DNA of 64,000 bases from Balanoglossus misakiensis (Eukaryota > Animalia > Hemichordata): positions 2,276,831-2,340,830 of the forward strand of contig CM082578.2 in the NCBI GenBank assembly GCA_040954595.2, given 5' to 3'. Below the pieces are notes generated by a model, which saw only the letters and a program-made list of their open reading frames with translations, made no database searches and was not told the DNA's origin. Both the position numbers and the translations under genes were made by a program. Numbering within the stretch: position 1 is the stretch's first letter; each line of letters starts with the position of its first letter. Below, one piece after another: positions 1-13,558 of the stretch.

Positions 1-244
1 TCTGCGACTATGAACTCAACGTAAGCTGGACACTACTCACTCCGAGCCCGACCTGGTAATTTGTATGTTGTCCATCGAGCGCCTATAGCTTAGACCTATA
101 CAGGAGAGAACGGTTTATGAAGTTATGTTCAACAAAAATATATGATCATGGAATTAAAGAATTTGGAGAAAAAAAATATAATTAAAAATGGACGTTTACG
201 ACGACAAAAAGGAAGACTGTTTAATGCAAAAGTTAAGAAAAATG

Positions 245-249
245 AAAAA
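245..249 (-). terminator. RNA polymerase III terminator (T5, followed by further T-runs); present in each unit
   Basis: Minus strand reads ...GGCTT-GAA-TTTTT directly after the 5S 3' end. Confidence 0.8.
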
Positions 250-252
250 TTC

Positions 253-372
253 AAGCCTACGGCACGTGGTATTCCCAGGCGGTCACCCATCCAAGTACTA
301 ACCACGCCCAACGCAGCTTAACTTCGGTGATCGGACGAGAACCGGTGTATTCGACGTGGTATGGCCGTAGGC
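253..372 (-). rRNA. 5S rRNA
   Basis: Reverse complement GCCTACGGCCATACCACG...GATCACCGAAGTTAAGC...TTAGTACTTGGATGGGTGACCGCCTGGGAATACC...GTAGGCTT is a canonical animal 5S with internal box A/IE/box C. Confidence 0.98.
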
Positions 373-393
373 AAACACTGCTTGAATTTCTAC

Positions 394-402
394 AATTATT
401 AA
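394..402 (-). promoter_or_regulatory. TATA-like upstream element of 5S gene (about -30 to -22); present in each unit
   Basis: TTAATAATT on the minus strand at the position typical for 5S upstream AT-rich elements. Confidence 0.5.
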
Positions 403-1323
403 GCAAACGGAAGCTTCACTGACACATAGGCGTACACACAGAGCACGCGGCACGATAATTGTGTGCGTGGCCAGCTGATTGACCGACCCTATCTTATAAT
501 TTATATGGGAGAGAGCGGTTTTGTCTTGTTATATCCTACAAAAAGTGACCATATTAAAGTGGAGAAATAATGACCTGATAATTTGTGTGGCCGATCGACC
601 GTCCCTATCTAAGGCCTATATTGGTATGTTATGCAAGACACACTATTCGAAATAACGCCTGTCCGACAGTCCGAGACTGGTTGTTTTTCCATCAGACTGA
701 TAGTAAAAAAGTTACCAGTCCGGCGGACAGGTTGAATTTAGCGTGGAGTTGACTTGTTTGCGGTATCATAGACGTACATGTACGTGACCCCATCGTGACC
801 CTGGCTGTCCGGGATAGCACCACCAACGATATCTTTTAGACCATCCTCTGTTTATTAGGCCCCTATTGCAATTAATTACCGTCCCTATCTTATATTGGAG
901 GGCACGGGTTTGTCTTGGCATGTTATGCAAAACACTTGAAAGATGAATTTTTTTTTTTAAATGACGTTTATGACATACAGATGTAACCGACCCCATAAGG
1001 TCCCAATGGTATATATTTACATCATACACCAAATTGGACTTAAAAACCAAAAATTGAAAGCCGCTGGAGTTTCTGCGACTATGAACTCAACGTAAGCTGG
1101 ACACTACTCACTCCGAGCCCGACCTGGTAATTTGTATGTTGTCCATCGAGCGCCTATAGCTTAGACCTATACAGGAGAGAACGGTTTATGAAGTTATGTT
1201 CAACAAAAATATATGATCATGGAATTAAAGAATTTGGAGAAAAAAAATATAATTAAAAATGGACGTTTACGACGACAAAAAGGAAGACTGTTTAATGCAA
1301 AAGTTAAGAAAAATGAAAAATTC

Positions 1324-1443
1324 AAGCCTACGGCACGTGGTATTCCCAGGCGGTCACCCATCCAAGTACTAACCACGCCCAACGCAGCTTAACTTCGGTG
1401 ATCGGACGAGAACCGGTGTATTCGACGTGGTATGGCCGTAGGC
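1324..1443 (-). rRNA. 5S rRNA
   Basis: Matches copy at 253-372. Confidence 0.97.
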
Positions 1444-2387
1444 AAACACTGCTTGAATTTCTACAATTATTAAGCAAACGGAAGCTTCACTGACACATAG
1501 GCGTACACACAGAGCACGCGGCACGATAATTGTGTGCGTGGCCAGCTGATTGACCGACCCTATCTTATAATTTATATGGGAGAGAGCGGTTTTGTCTTGT
1601 TATATCCTACAAAAAGTGACCATATTAAAGTGGAGAAATAATGACCTGATAATTTGTGTGGCCGATCGACCGTCCCTATCTAAGGCCTATATTGGTATGT
1701 TATGCAAGACACACTATTCGAAATAACGCCTGTCCGACAGTCCGAGACTGGTTGTTTTTCCATCAGACTGATAGTAAAAAAGTTACCAGTCCGGCGGACA
1801 GGTTGAATTTAGCGTGGAGTTGACTTGTTTGCGGTATCATAGACGTACGTGACCCCATCGTGACCCTGGCTGTCCGGGATAGCACCACCAACGATATCTT
1901 TTAGACCATCCTCTGTTTATTAGGCCCCTATTGCAATTAATTACCGTCCCTATCTTATATTGGAGGGAACGGGTTTGTCTTGGCATGTTATGCAAAACAC
2001 TTGAAAGATGAATTTTTTTTTTAAATGACGTTTATGACATATAGATGTAACCGACCCCATAAGGTCCCAATGGTATATATTTACATCATACACCAAATTG
2101 GACTTAAAAACCAAAAATTGAAAGCCGCTGGAGTTTCTGCGACTATGAACTCAACGTAAGCTGGACACTACTCACTCCGAGCCCGACCTGGTAATTTGTA
2201 TGTTGTCCATCGAGCGCCTATAGCTTAGACCTATACAGGAGAGAACGGTTTATGAAGTTATGTTCAACAAAAATATATGATCATGGAATTAAAGAATTTG
2301 GAGAAAAAAAATATAATTAAAAATGGACGTTTACGACGACAAAAAGGAAGACTGTTTAATGCAAAAGTTAAGAAAAAGGAAAAATTC

Positions 2388-2507
2388 AAGCCTACGGCAC
2401 GTGGTATTCCCAGGCGGTCACCCATCCAAGTACTAACCACGCCCAACGCAGCTTAACTTCGGTGATCGGACGAGAACCGGTGTATTCGACGTGGTATGGC
2501 CGTAGGC
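2388..2507 (-). rRNA. 5S rRNA
   Basis: Matches copy at 253-372. Confidence 0.97.
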
Positions 2508-3451
2508 AAACACTGCTTGAATTTCTACAATTATTAAGCAAACGGAAGCTTCACTGACACATAGGCGTACACACAGAGCACGCGGCACGATAATTGTGTG
2601 CGTGGCCAGCTGATTGACCGACCCTATCTTATAATTTATATGGGAGAGAGCGGTTTTGTCTTGTTATATCCTACAAAAAGTGACCATATTAAAGTGGAGA
2701 AATAATGACCTGATAATTTGTGTGGCCGATCGACCGTCCCTATCTAAGGCCTATATTGGTATGTTATGCAAGACACACTATTCGAAATAACGCCTGTCCG
2801 ACAGTCCGAGACTGGTTGTTTTTCCATCAGACTGATAGTAAAAAAGTTACCAGTCCGGCGGACAGGTTGAATTTAGCGTGGAGTTGACTTGTTTGCGGTA
2901 TCATAGACGTACGTGACCCCATCGTGACCCTGGCTGTCCGGGATAGCACCACCAACGATATCTTTTAGACCATCCTCTGTTTATTAGGCCCCTATTGCAA
3001 TTAATTACCGTCCCTATCTTATATTGGAGGGAACGGGTTTGTCTTGGCATGTTATGCAAAACACTTGAAAGATGAATTTTTTTTTTAAATGACGTTTATG
3101 ACATATAGATGTAACCGACCCCATAAGGTCCCAATGGTATATATTTACATCATACACCAAATTGGACTTAAAAACCAAAAATTGAAAGCCGCTGGAGTTT
3201 CTGCGACTATGAACTCAACGTAAGCTGGACACTACTCACTCCGAGCCCGACCTGGTAATTTGTATGTTGTCCATCGAGCGCCTATAGCTTAGACCTATAC
3301 AGGAGAGAACGGTTTATGAAGTTATGTTCAACAAAAATATATGATCATGGAATTAAAGAATTTGGAGAAAAAAAATATAATTAAAAATGGACGTTTACGA
3401 CGACAAAAAGGAAGACTGTTTAATGCAAAAGTTAAGAAAAAGGAAAATTTC

Positions 3452-3571
3452 AAGCCTACGGCACGTGGTATTCCCAGGCGGTCACCCATCCAAGTACTAA
3501 CCACGCCCAACGCAGCTTAACTTCGGTGATCGGACGAGAACCGGTGTATTCGACTTGGTATGGCCGTAGGC
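3452..3571 (-). rRNA. 5S rRNA (1 substitution)
   Basis: Matches consensus except gacttgg for gacgtgg. Confidence 0.96.
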
Positions 3572-4515
3572 AAACACTGCTTGAATTTCTACAATTATTA
3601 AGCAAACGGAAGCTTCACTGACACATAGGCGTACACACAGAGCACGCGGCACGATAATTGTGTGCGTGGCCAGCTGATTGACCGACCCTATCTTATAATT
3701 TATATGGGAGAGAGCGGTTTTGTCTTGTTATATCCTACAAAAAGTGACCATATTAAAGTGGAGAAATAATGACCTGATAATTTGTGTGGCCGATCGACCG
3801 TCCCTATCTAAGGCCTATATTGGTATGTTATGCAAGACACACTATTCGAAATAACGCCTGTCCGACAGTCCGAGACTGGTTGTTTTTCCATCAGACTGAT
3901 AGTAAAAAAGTTACCAGTCCGGCGGACAGGTTGAATTTAGCGTGGAGTTGACTTGTTTGCGGTATCATAGACGTACGTGACCCCATCGTGACCCTGGCTG
4001 TCCGGGATAGCACCACCAACGATATCTTTTAGACCATCCTCTGTTTATTAGGCCCCTATTGCAATTAATTACCGTCCCTATCTTATATTGGAGGGAACGG
4101 GTTTGTCTTGGCATGTTATGCAAAACACTTGAAAGATGATTTTTTTTTTTAAATGACGTTTATGACATACAGATGTAACCGACCCCATAAGGTCCCAATG
4201 GTATATATTTACATCATACACCAAATTGGACTTAAAAACCAAAAATTGAAAGCCGCTGGAGTTTCTGCGACTATGAACTCAACGTAAGCTGGACACTACT
4301 CACTCCGAGCCCGACCTGGTAATTTGTATGTTGTCCATCGAGCGCCTATAGCTTAGACCTATACAGGAGAGAACGGTTTATGAAGTTATGTTCAACAAAA
4401 ATATATGATCATGGAATTAAAGAATTTGGAGAAAAAAAATATAATTAAAAATGGACGTTTACGACGACAAAAAGGAAGACTGTTTAATGCAAAAGTTAAG
4501 AAAAAGGAAAAATTC

Positions 4516-4635
4516 AAGCCTACGGCACGTGGTATTCCCAGGCGGTCACCCATCCAAGTACTAACCACGCCCAACGCAGCTTAACTTCGGTGATCGGACG
4601 AGAACCGGTGTATTCGACGTGGTATGGCCGTAGGC
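4516..4635 (-). rRNA. 5S rRNA
   Basis: Matches consensus. Confidence 0.97.
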
Positions 4636-5580
4636 AAACACTGCTTGAATTTCTACAATTATTAAGCAAACGGAAGCTTCACTAACACATAGGCGTACAC
4701 ACAGAGCACGCGGCACGATAATTGTGTGCGTGGCCAGCTGATTGACCGACCCTATCTTATAATTTATATGGGAGAGAGCGGTTTTGTCTTGTTATATCCT
4801 ACAAAAAGTGACCATATTAAAGTGGAGAAATAATGACCTGATAATTTGTGTGGCCGATCGACCGTCCCTATCTAAGGCCTATATTGGTATGTTATGCAAG
4901 ACACACTATTCGAAATAACGCCTGTCCGACAGTCCGAGACTGGTTGTTTTTCCATCAGACTGATAGTAAAAAAGTTACCAGTCCGGCGGACAGGTTGAAT
5001 TTAGCGTGGAGTTGACTTGTTTGCGGTATCATAGACGTACGTGACCCCATCGTGACCCTGGCTGTCCGGGATAGCACCACCAACGATATCTTTTAGACCA
5101 TCCTCTGTTTATTAGGCCCCTATTGCAATTAATTACCGTCCCTATCTTATATTGGAGGGCACGGGTTTGTCTTGGCATGTTATGCAAAACACTTGAAAGA
5201 TGAATTTTTTTTTTTAAATGACGTTTATGACATACAGATGTAACCGACCCCATAAGGTCCCAATGGTATATATTTACATCATACACCAAATTGGACTTAA
5301 AAACCAAAAATTGAAAGCCGCTGGAGTTTCTGCGACTATGAACTCAACGTAAGCTGGACACTACTCACTCCGAGCCCGACCTGGTAATTTGTATGTTGTC
5401 CATCGAGCGCCTATAGCTTAGACCTATACAGGAGAGAACGGTTTATGAAGTTATGTTCAACAAAAATATATGATCATGGAATTAAAGAATTTGGAGAAAA
5501 AAAATATAATTAAAAATGGACGTTTACGACGACAAAAAGGAAGACTGTTTAATGCAAAAGTTAAGAAAGAGGAAAAATTC

Positions 5581-5700
5581 AAGCCTACAGCACGTGGTAT
5601 TCCCAGGCGGTCACCCATCCAAGTACTAACCACGCCCAACGCAGCTTAACTTCGGTGATCGGACGAGAACCGGTGTATTCGACGTGGTATGGCCGTAGGC
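5581..5700 (-). rRNA. 5S rRNA (1 substitution)
   Basis: Matches consensus except cctacag for cctacgg. Confidence 0.96.
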
Positions 5701-6199
5701 AAACACTGCTTGAATTTCTACAATTATTAAGCAAACGGAAGCTTCACTAACACATAGGCGTACACACAGAGCACGCGGCACGATAATTGTGTGCGTGGCC
5801 AGCTGATTGACCGACCCTATCTTATAATTTATATGGGAGAGAGCGGTTTTGTCTTGTTATATCCTACAAAAAGTGACCATATTAAAGTGGAGAAATAATG
5901 ACCTGATAATTTGTGTGGCCGATCGACCGTCCCTATCTAAGACCTATATTGGTATGTTATGCAAGACACACTATTCGAAATAACGCCTGTCCGACAGTCC
6001 GAGACTGGTTGTTTTTCCATCAGACTGATAGTAAAAAAGTTACCAGTCCGGCGGACAGGTTGAATTTAGCGTGGAGTTGACTTGTTTGCGGTATCATAGA
6101 CGTACGTGACCCCATCGTGACCCTGGCTGTCCGGGATAGCACCACCAACGATATCTTTTAGACCATCCTCTGTTTATTAGGCCCCTATTGCAATTAATT

Positions 6200-8125
6200 G
6201 GCAGAAAAAATGTGGAGAAAATCTAGGTTGGAAGTACATCGCCAGATTTACAGGGCCTGTCGGACCGACGTCGTTCGCCTTGTGGATGCTGCTAAAAAGA
6301 ACCATTATGTCGGCCTTGTTGACGAGTGCTCAGGTAACCAAAAACAATTATTCAAGGTCGTAAAGGGACTGCTTGGTCACAATAACACATCCACTGTACT
6401 ACCAAAACATGATGATTCTCTGGAATTAGCAAATCGTTTTGCAAAATTCTTCATTAATCGCGTAAAATCACTAACTATAAATATGGGCAATTCCATTCGA
6501 CATCATTCACAACCACAAACTGAATTGAAATCCGATTGTCGCCTTAATGCCTTTGAGCCTACAACTGCTGATGAAATTGACAAGGTTATTCGTGCATCGC
6601 CTTCATCTACTTGTCGGCTTGATCCGATTCCTACCAAGATCTTCACACATTCTGACATTTTACAAGTTGTGTTACCACATATCACAGAAATCTTCAATAA
6701 CTCTCTGCAGTATGGTGTTGTACCTCCTCATTTCAAGGAAGGCGTCGTTAAACCTCTACTTAAAAAGCCATCTCTTGATCATGAAGTTCTCAAAAATTTC
6801 CGTCCTGTATCCAACCTGCCGTTTTTGTCGAAGATCCTGGAACGTATTGTTGCCAAGAGACTGACTTCTCACATTGTCAACCATTCATTGGACGAGCCTT
6901 TGCAATCTGCTTACAAGCCAGGACACAGTACTGAGACTGCTCTCCTCAAAGTAACAAATGACATTTTGCTTGCTCTTGATGAAAAAAGAGATGTTTTCTT
7001 GGTATTACTCGATCTTTCCGCAGCATTTGACACTGTGAACCATACCATTTTACTCAATCGCTTAAGAGACCGCTTTGGTCTCTCTGATACTGTTCTCATG
7101 TGGTTTAAGTCATACCTTCCAATCGTAGTCAGTGTGTACTTGTAAATTCCACCCAATCACCTTTTTATCCGCTCGACACTGGGGTACCACAGGGATCAGT
7201 TCTTGGTCCCATACTTTTCAATATGTACACGTCTCCATTAGGTGAATTAGTTCAAAGTCATGGTTGTCTTTATAGTTTTTATGCAGATGACTCTTCACTT
7301 TATATGTCTTTTAGTAAAGACAACGCAGCAAAAACTGTTTCAAATCTTGAACTTTGTATATCTGATGTTAGGTTTTGGATGTCTGAAAACTTCTTGTGCT
7401 TAAACGATGATAAGACTGAATTTGTTATTTTCTCTGGTATTTTGGGTGATCTGTCTGCTAGAGGGATTTCAGAAATTCGTGTTGGCGATTCTCTGATTCC
7501 CGTCCACTGTCAGGCTAAGAGCCTTGGAGTGATCCTTGACTCTTGTCTGACAATGAAGCCACATATTGGACAGATCTGCTGCTCTGCCACTTTTCATTTA
7601 CGTCGCATTGCGCTTATCCGCAAATATTTATCTCATTCTGCTACAGAGCAATTAGTTCATGCATTCATTACGTCTCGAATTGATTCATGTAATTCACTTT
7701 TATTTGGGCTCCCGAAGTATTCAATCAACCGTATCCAACGCGTTCAGAATATTGCTGCTAGAATTGTAACTCGTTCAAAAATCACCTGTCACATCACTCC
7801 AATTTTGTATCAGTTGCACTGGCTACCTGTTACAGAGCGTATTGTTTTTAAGATGTTAGTTCTCATTTTTAAATCCATTCATAAACTTGGTCCAATCTAT
7901 CTTTCAAGCATGACTAATCTATATGTTCCGTGTCGCAATTTAAGGTCAGCGGATCAGTTCAAACTCTGCCCTGTTCGATCACGCACCAAGAGTTATGGTG
8001 ATCGTGCTTTTACTGTTGCTGCTCCAATTCTTTGGAATAATCTTCCACTCACCATTCGCCAGGCACCAGACTTATCTGTTTCTAAATCAAATGTTAATAC
8101 TTTACTTTTTAAATCTGTTTTTTAG
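6200..8125 (+). pseudogene. Reverse transcriptase ORF2 fragment, frameshifted (ORFs 6198-7145 and 7223-8125)
   Basis: Two ORFs join into one RT if 1 nt is restored at ccttccaatcgt (L-S-N-R-S-Q). No endonuclease domain. Confidence 0.88.
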
Positions 8126-8223
8126 CCATTTGTTGTATTGTACTTTTGCTTTAAGCGTCATTGATCACATTTTTTGTGGATACTGACGCTATACAAATAA
8201 ATTATTATTATTATTATTCTTAT
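6200..8223 (+). mobile_element. 5'-truncated L2-like non-LTR retrotransposon, copy 1 (RT pseudogene)
   Basis: RT motifs NFRPVSNLPFLSKILE, LLDLSAAFDTV, GVPQGSVLGP and YADD, plus C-terminal HITPILYQLHWLPV...GDRAFTVAAPILWNNLP. Frameshift near 7118. AATAAA + (TTA)n tail. Replaces ~227 bp of spacer, no TSD. Confidence 0.92.
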
Positions 8224-8442
8224 TACTCACTCCGAGCCCGACCTGGTAATTTGTATGTTGTCCATCGAGCGCCTATAGCTTAGACCTATACAGGAGAGAA
8301 CGGTTTATGAAGTTATGTTCAACAAAAATATATGATCATGGAATTAAAGAATTTGGAGAAAAAAAATATAATTAAAAATGGACGTTTACGACGACAAAAA
8401 GGAAGACTGTTTAATGCAAAAGTTAAGAAAAAGGAAAAATTC

Positions 8443-8562
8443 AATCCTACGGCACGTGGTATTCCCAGGCGGTCACCCATCCAAGTACTAACCACGCCCA
8501 ACGCAGCTTAACTTCGGTGATCGGACGAGAACCGGTGTATTCGACGTGGTATGGCCGTAGGC
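8443..8562 (-). rRNA. 5S rRNA (1 substitution near 3' end)
   Basis: Matches consensus except aatcct for aagcct. Confidence 0.95.
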
Positions 8563-9507
8563 AAACACTGCTTGAATTTCTACAATTATTAAGCAAACAG
8601 AAGCTTCACTAACACATAGGCGTACACACAGAGCACGCGGCACGATAATTGTGTGCGTGGCCAGCTGATTGACCGACCCTATCTTATAATTTATATGGGA
8701 GAGAGCGGTTTTGTCTTGTTATATCCTACAAAAAGTGACCATATTAAAGTGGAGAAATAATGACCTGATAATTTGTGTGGCCGATCGACCGTCCCTATCT
8801 AAGGCCTATATTGGTATGTTATGCAAGACACACTATTCGAAATAACGCCTGTCCGACAGTCCGAGACTGGTTGTTTTTCCATCAGACTGATAGTAAAAAA
8901 GTTACCAGTCCGGCGGACAGGTTGAATTTAGCGTGGAGTTGACTTGTTTGCGGTATCATAGACGTACGTGACCCCATCGTGACCCTGGCTGTCCGGGATA
9001 GCACCACCAACGATATCTTTTAGACCATCCTCTGTTTATTAGGCCCCTATTGCAATTAATTACCGTCCCTATCTTATATTGGAGGGAACGGGTTTGTCTT
9101 GGCATGTTATGCAAAACACTTGAAAGATGAATTTTTTTTTTAAAATGACGTTTATGACATACAGATGTAACCGACCCCATAAGGTCCCAATGGTATATAT
9201 TTACATCATACACCAAATTGGACTTAAAAACCAAAAATTGAAAGCCGCTGGAGTTTCTGCGACTATGAACTCAACGTAAGCTGGACACTACTCACTCCGA
9301 GCCCGACCTGGTAATTTGTATGTTGTCCATCGAGCGCCTATAGCTTAGACCTATACAGGAGAGAACGGTTTATGAAGATATGTTCAACAAAAATATATGA
9401 TCATGGAATTAAAGAATTTGGAGAAAAAAAATATAATTAAAAATGGACGTTTACGACGACAAAAAGGAAGACTGTTTAATGCAAAAGTTAAGAAAAAGGA
9501 AAAATTC

Positions 9508-9627
9508 AAGCCTACGGCACGTGGTATTCCCAGGCGGTCACCCATCCAAGTACTAACCACGCCCAACGCAGCTTAACTACGGTGATCGGACGAGAACCGG
9601 TGTATTCGACGTGGTATGGCCGTAGGC
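9508..9627 (-). rRNA. 5S rRNA (1 substitution)
   Basis: aactacgg for aacttcgg. Confidence 0.96.
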
Positions 9628-10573
9628 AAACACTGCTTGAATTTCTACAATTATTAAGCAAACGGAAGCTTCACTAACACATAGGCGTACACACAGAGCA
9701 CGCGGCACGATAATTGTGTGCGTGGCCAGCTGATTGACCGACCCTATCTTATAATTTATATGGGAGAGAGCGGTTTTGTCTTGTTATATCCTACAAAAAG
9801 TGACCATATTAAAGTGGAGAAATAATGACCTGATAATTTGTGTGGCCGATCGACCGTCCCTATCTAAGGCCTATATTGGTATGTTATGCAAGACACACTA
9901 TTCGAAATAACGCCTGTCCGACAGTCCGAGACTGGTTGTTTCTCCATCAGACTGATAGTAAAAAAAGTTACCAGTCCGGCGGACAGGTTGAATTTAGCGT
10001 GGAGTTGACTTGTTTGCGGTATCATAGACGTACGTGACCCCATCGTGACCCTGGCTGTCCGGGATAGCACCACCAACGATATCTTTTAGACCATCCTCTG
10101 TTTATTAGGCCCCTATTGCAATTAATTACCGTCCCTATCTTATATTGGAGGGAACGGGTTTGTCTTGGCATGTTATGCAAAACACTTGAAAGATGAATTT
10201 TTTTTTTTAAATGACGTTTATGACATACAGATGTAACCGACCCCATAAGGTCCCAATGGTATATATTTACATCATACACCAAATTGGACTTAAAAACCAA
10301 AAATTGAAAGCCGCTGGAGTTTCTGCGACTATGAACTCAACGTAAGCTGGACACTACTCACTCCGAGCCCGACCTGGTAATTTGTATGTTGTCCATCGAG
10401 CGCCTATAGCTTAGACCTATACAGGAGAGAACGGTTTATGAAGTTATGTTCAACAAAAATATATGATCATGGAATTAAAGAATTTGGAGAAAAAAAATAT
10501 AATTAAAAATGGACGTTTACGACGACAAAAAGGAAGACTGTTTAATGCAAAAGTTAAGAAAAAGGAAAAATTC

Positions 10574-10693
10574 AAGCCTACGGCACGTGGTATTCCCAGG
10601 CGGTCACCCATCCAAGTACTAACCACGCCCAACGCAGCTTAACTTCGGTGATCGGACGAGAACCGGTGTATTCGACGTGGTATGGCCGTAGGC
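10574..10693 (-). rRNA. 5S rRNA
   Basis: Matches consensus. Confidence 0.97.
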
Positions 10694-11192
10694 AAACACT
10701 GATTGAATTTCTACAATTATTAAGCAAACGGAAGCTTCACTAACACATAGGCGTACACACAGAGCACGCGGCACGATAATTGTGTGCGTGGCCAGCTGAT
10801 TGACCGACCCTATCTTATAATTTATATGGGAGAGAGCGGTTTTGTCTTGTTATATCCTACAAAAAGTGACCATATTAAAGTGGAGAAATAATGACCTGAT
10901 AATTTGTGTGGCCGATCGACCGTCCCTATCTTAGGCCTATATTAGTATGTTATGCAAGACACACTATTCGAAATAACGCCTGTCCGACAGTCCGAGACTG
11001 GTTGTTTTTCCATCAGACTGATAGTAAAAAAGTTACCAGTCCGGCGGACAGGTTGAATTTAGCGTGGAGTTGACTTGTTTGCGGTATCATAGACGTACGT
11101 GACCCCATCGTGACCCTGGCTGTCCGGGATAGCACCACCAACGATATCTTTTAGACCATCCTCTGTTTATTAGGCCCCTATTGCAATTAATT

Positions 11193-13118
11193 GGCAGAAA
11201 AAATGTGGAGAAAATCTAGGTTGGAAGTACATCGCCAGATTTACAGGGCCTGTCGGACCGACGTCGTTCGCCTTGTGGATGCTGCTAAAAAGAACCATTA
11301 TGTCGGCCTTGTTGACGAGTGCTCAGGTAACCAAAAACAATTATTCAAGGTCGTAAAGGGACTGCTTGGTCACAATAACACATCCACTGTACTACCAAAA
11401 CATGATGATTCTCTGGAATTAGCAAATCGTTTTGCAAAATTCTTCATTAATCGCGTAAAATCACTAACTATAAATATGGGCAATTCCATTCGACATCATT
11501 CACAACCACAAACTGAATTGAAATCCGATTGTCGCCTTAATGCCTTTGAGCCTACAACTGCTGATGAAATTGACAAGGTTATTCGTGCATCGCCTTCATC
11601 TACTTGTCGCCTTGATCCGATTCCTACCAAGATCTTCACACATTCTGACATTTTACAAGTTGTGTTACCACATATCACAGAAATCTTCAATAACTCTCTG
11701 CAGTATGGTGTTGTACCTCCTCATTTCAAGGAAGGCGTCGTTAAACCTCTACTTAAAAAGCCATCTCTTGATCATGAAGTTCTCAAAAATTTCCGTCCTG
11801 TATCCAACCTGCCGTTTTTGTCGAAGATCCTGGAACGTATTGTTGCCAAGAGACTGACTTCTCACATTGTCAACCATTCATTGGACGAGCCTTTGCAATC
11901 TGCTTACAAGCCAGGACACAGTACTGAGACTGCTCTCCTCAAAGTAACAAATGACATTTTGCTTGCTCTTGATGAAAAAAGAGATGTTTTCTTGGTATTA
12001 CTCGATCTTTCCGCAGCATTTGACACTGTGAACCATACCATTTTACTCAATCGCTTAAGAGACCGCTTTGGTCTCTCTGATACTGTTCTCATGTGGTTTA
12101 AGTCATACCTTCCAATCGTAGTCAGTGTGTACTTGTAAATTCCACCCAATCACCTTTTTATCCGCTCGACACTGGGGTACCACAGGGGTCAGTTCTTGGT
12201 CCCATACTTTTCAATATGTACACGTCTCCATTAGGTGAATTAGTTCAAAGTCATGGTTGTCTTTATAGTTTTTATGCAGATGACTCTTCACTTTATTTGT
12301 CTTTTAGTAAAGACAACGCAGCAAAAACTGTTTCAAATCTTGAACTTTGTATATCTGATGTTAGGTTTTGGATGTCTGAAAACTTCTTGTGCTTAAACGA
12401 TGATAAGACTGAATTTGTTATTTTCTCTGGTATTTTGGGTGATCTGTCTGCTAGAGGGATTTCAGAAATTCGTGTTGGCGATTCTCTGATTCCCGTCCAC
12501 TGTCAGGCTAAGAGCCTTGGAGTGATCCTTGACTCTTGTCTGACAATGAAGCCACATATTGGACAGATCTGCTGCTCTGCCACTTTTCATTTACGTCGCA
12601 TTGCGCTTATCCGCAAATATTTATCTCATTCTGCTACAGAGCAATTAGTTCATGCATTCATTACGTCTCGAATTGATTCATGTAATTCACTTTTATTTGG
12701 GCTCCCGAAGTATTCAATCAACCGTATCCAACGCGTTCAGAATATTGCTGCTAGAATTGTAACTCGTTCAAAAATCACCTGTCACATCACTCCAATTTTG
12801 TATCAGTTGCACTGGCTACCTGTTACAGAGCGTATTGTTTTTAAGATGTTAGTTCTCATTTTTGAATCCATTCATAAACTTGGTCCAATCTATCTTTCAA
12901 GCATGACTAATCTATATGTTCCGTGTCGCAATTTAAGGTCAGCGGATCAGTTCAAACTCTGCCCTGTTCGATCACGCACCAAGAGTTATGGTGATCGTGC
13001 TTTTACTGTTGCTGCTCCAATTCTTTGGAATAATCTTCCACTCACCATTCGCCAGGCACCAGACTTATCTGTTTTTAAATCAAATGTTAAAACTTTACTT
13101 TTTAAATCTGTTTTTTAG
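11193..13118 (+). pseudogene. Reverse transcriptase ORF2 fragment, frameshifted
   Basis: ORFs 11191-12138 and 12216-13118 carry the RT motifs. Confidence 0.88.
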
Positions 13119-13219
13119 CCATTTGTTGTATTGTACTTTTGCTTTAAGCGTCATTGATCACATTTTTTGTGGATACTGACGCTATACAAATAAATTATTA
13201 TTATTATTATTATTATTAT
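11193..13219 (+). mobile_element. 5'-truncated L2-like non-LTR retrotransposon, copy 2
   Basis: Near-identical to 6200-8223 with the same junctions and same frameshift. Confidence 0.92.
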
Positions 13220-13438
13220 TACTCACTCCGAGCCCGACCTGGTAATTTGTATGTTGTCCATCGAGCGCCTATAGCTTAGACCTATACAGGAGAGAACGGT
13301 TTATGAAGTTATGTTCAACAAAAATATATGATCATGGAATTAAAGAATTTGGAGAAAAAAAATATAATTAAAAATGGACGTTTACGACGACAAAAAGGAA
13401 GACTGTTTAATGCAAAAGTTAAGAAAAAGGAAAAATTC

Positions 13439-13558
13439 AAGCCTACGGCACGTGGTATTCCCAGGCGGTCACCCATCCAAGTACTAACCACGCCCAACGC
13501 AGCTTAACTTCGGTGATCGGACGAGAACCGCTGTATTCGACGTGGTATGGCCGTAGGC
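13439..13558 (-). rRNA. 5S rRNA (1 substitution)
   Basis: accgctg for accggtg. Confidence 0.96.

Noticed and set aside
129-311. Recurrent 60-aa ORF (MGVVSTWMGDRLGIPRAV...)
   Set aside because: It is a translation of the 5S rRNA gene and its T-rich terminator, and it is broken in several units.
766-1050. Recurrent 91-94-aa spacer ORF (MVFKSNLVYD...)
   Set aside because: It has a non-ATG start, and its presence depends on the length of a variable T homopolymer. No domain signature.
6503-7156. Short overlapping or antisense ORFs inside LINE copies
   Set aside because: They are shadow frames of the RT coding sequence.
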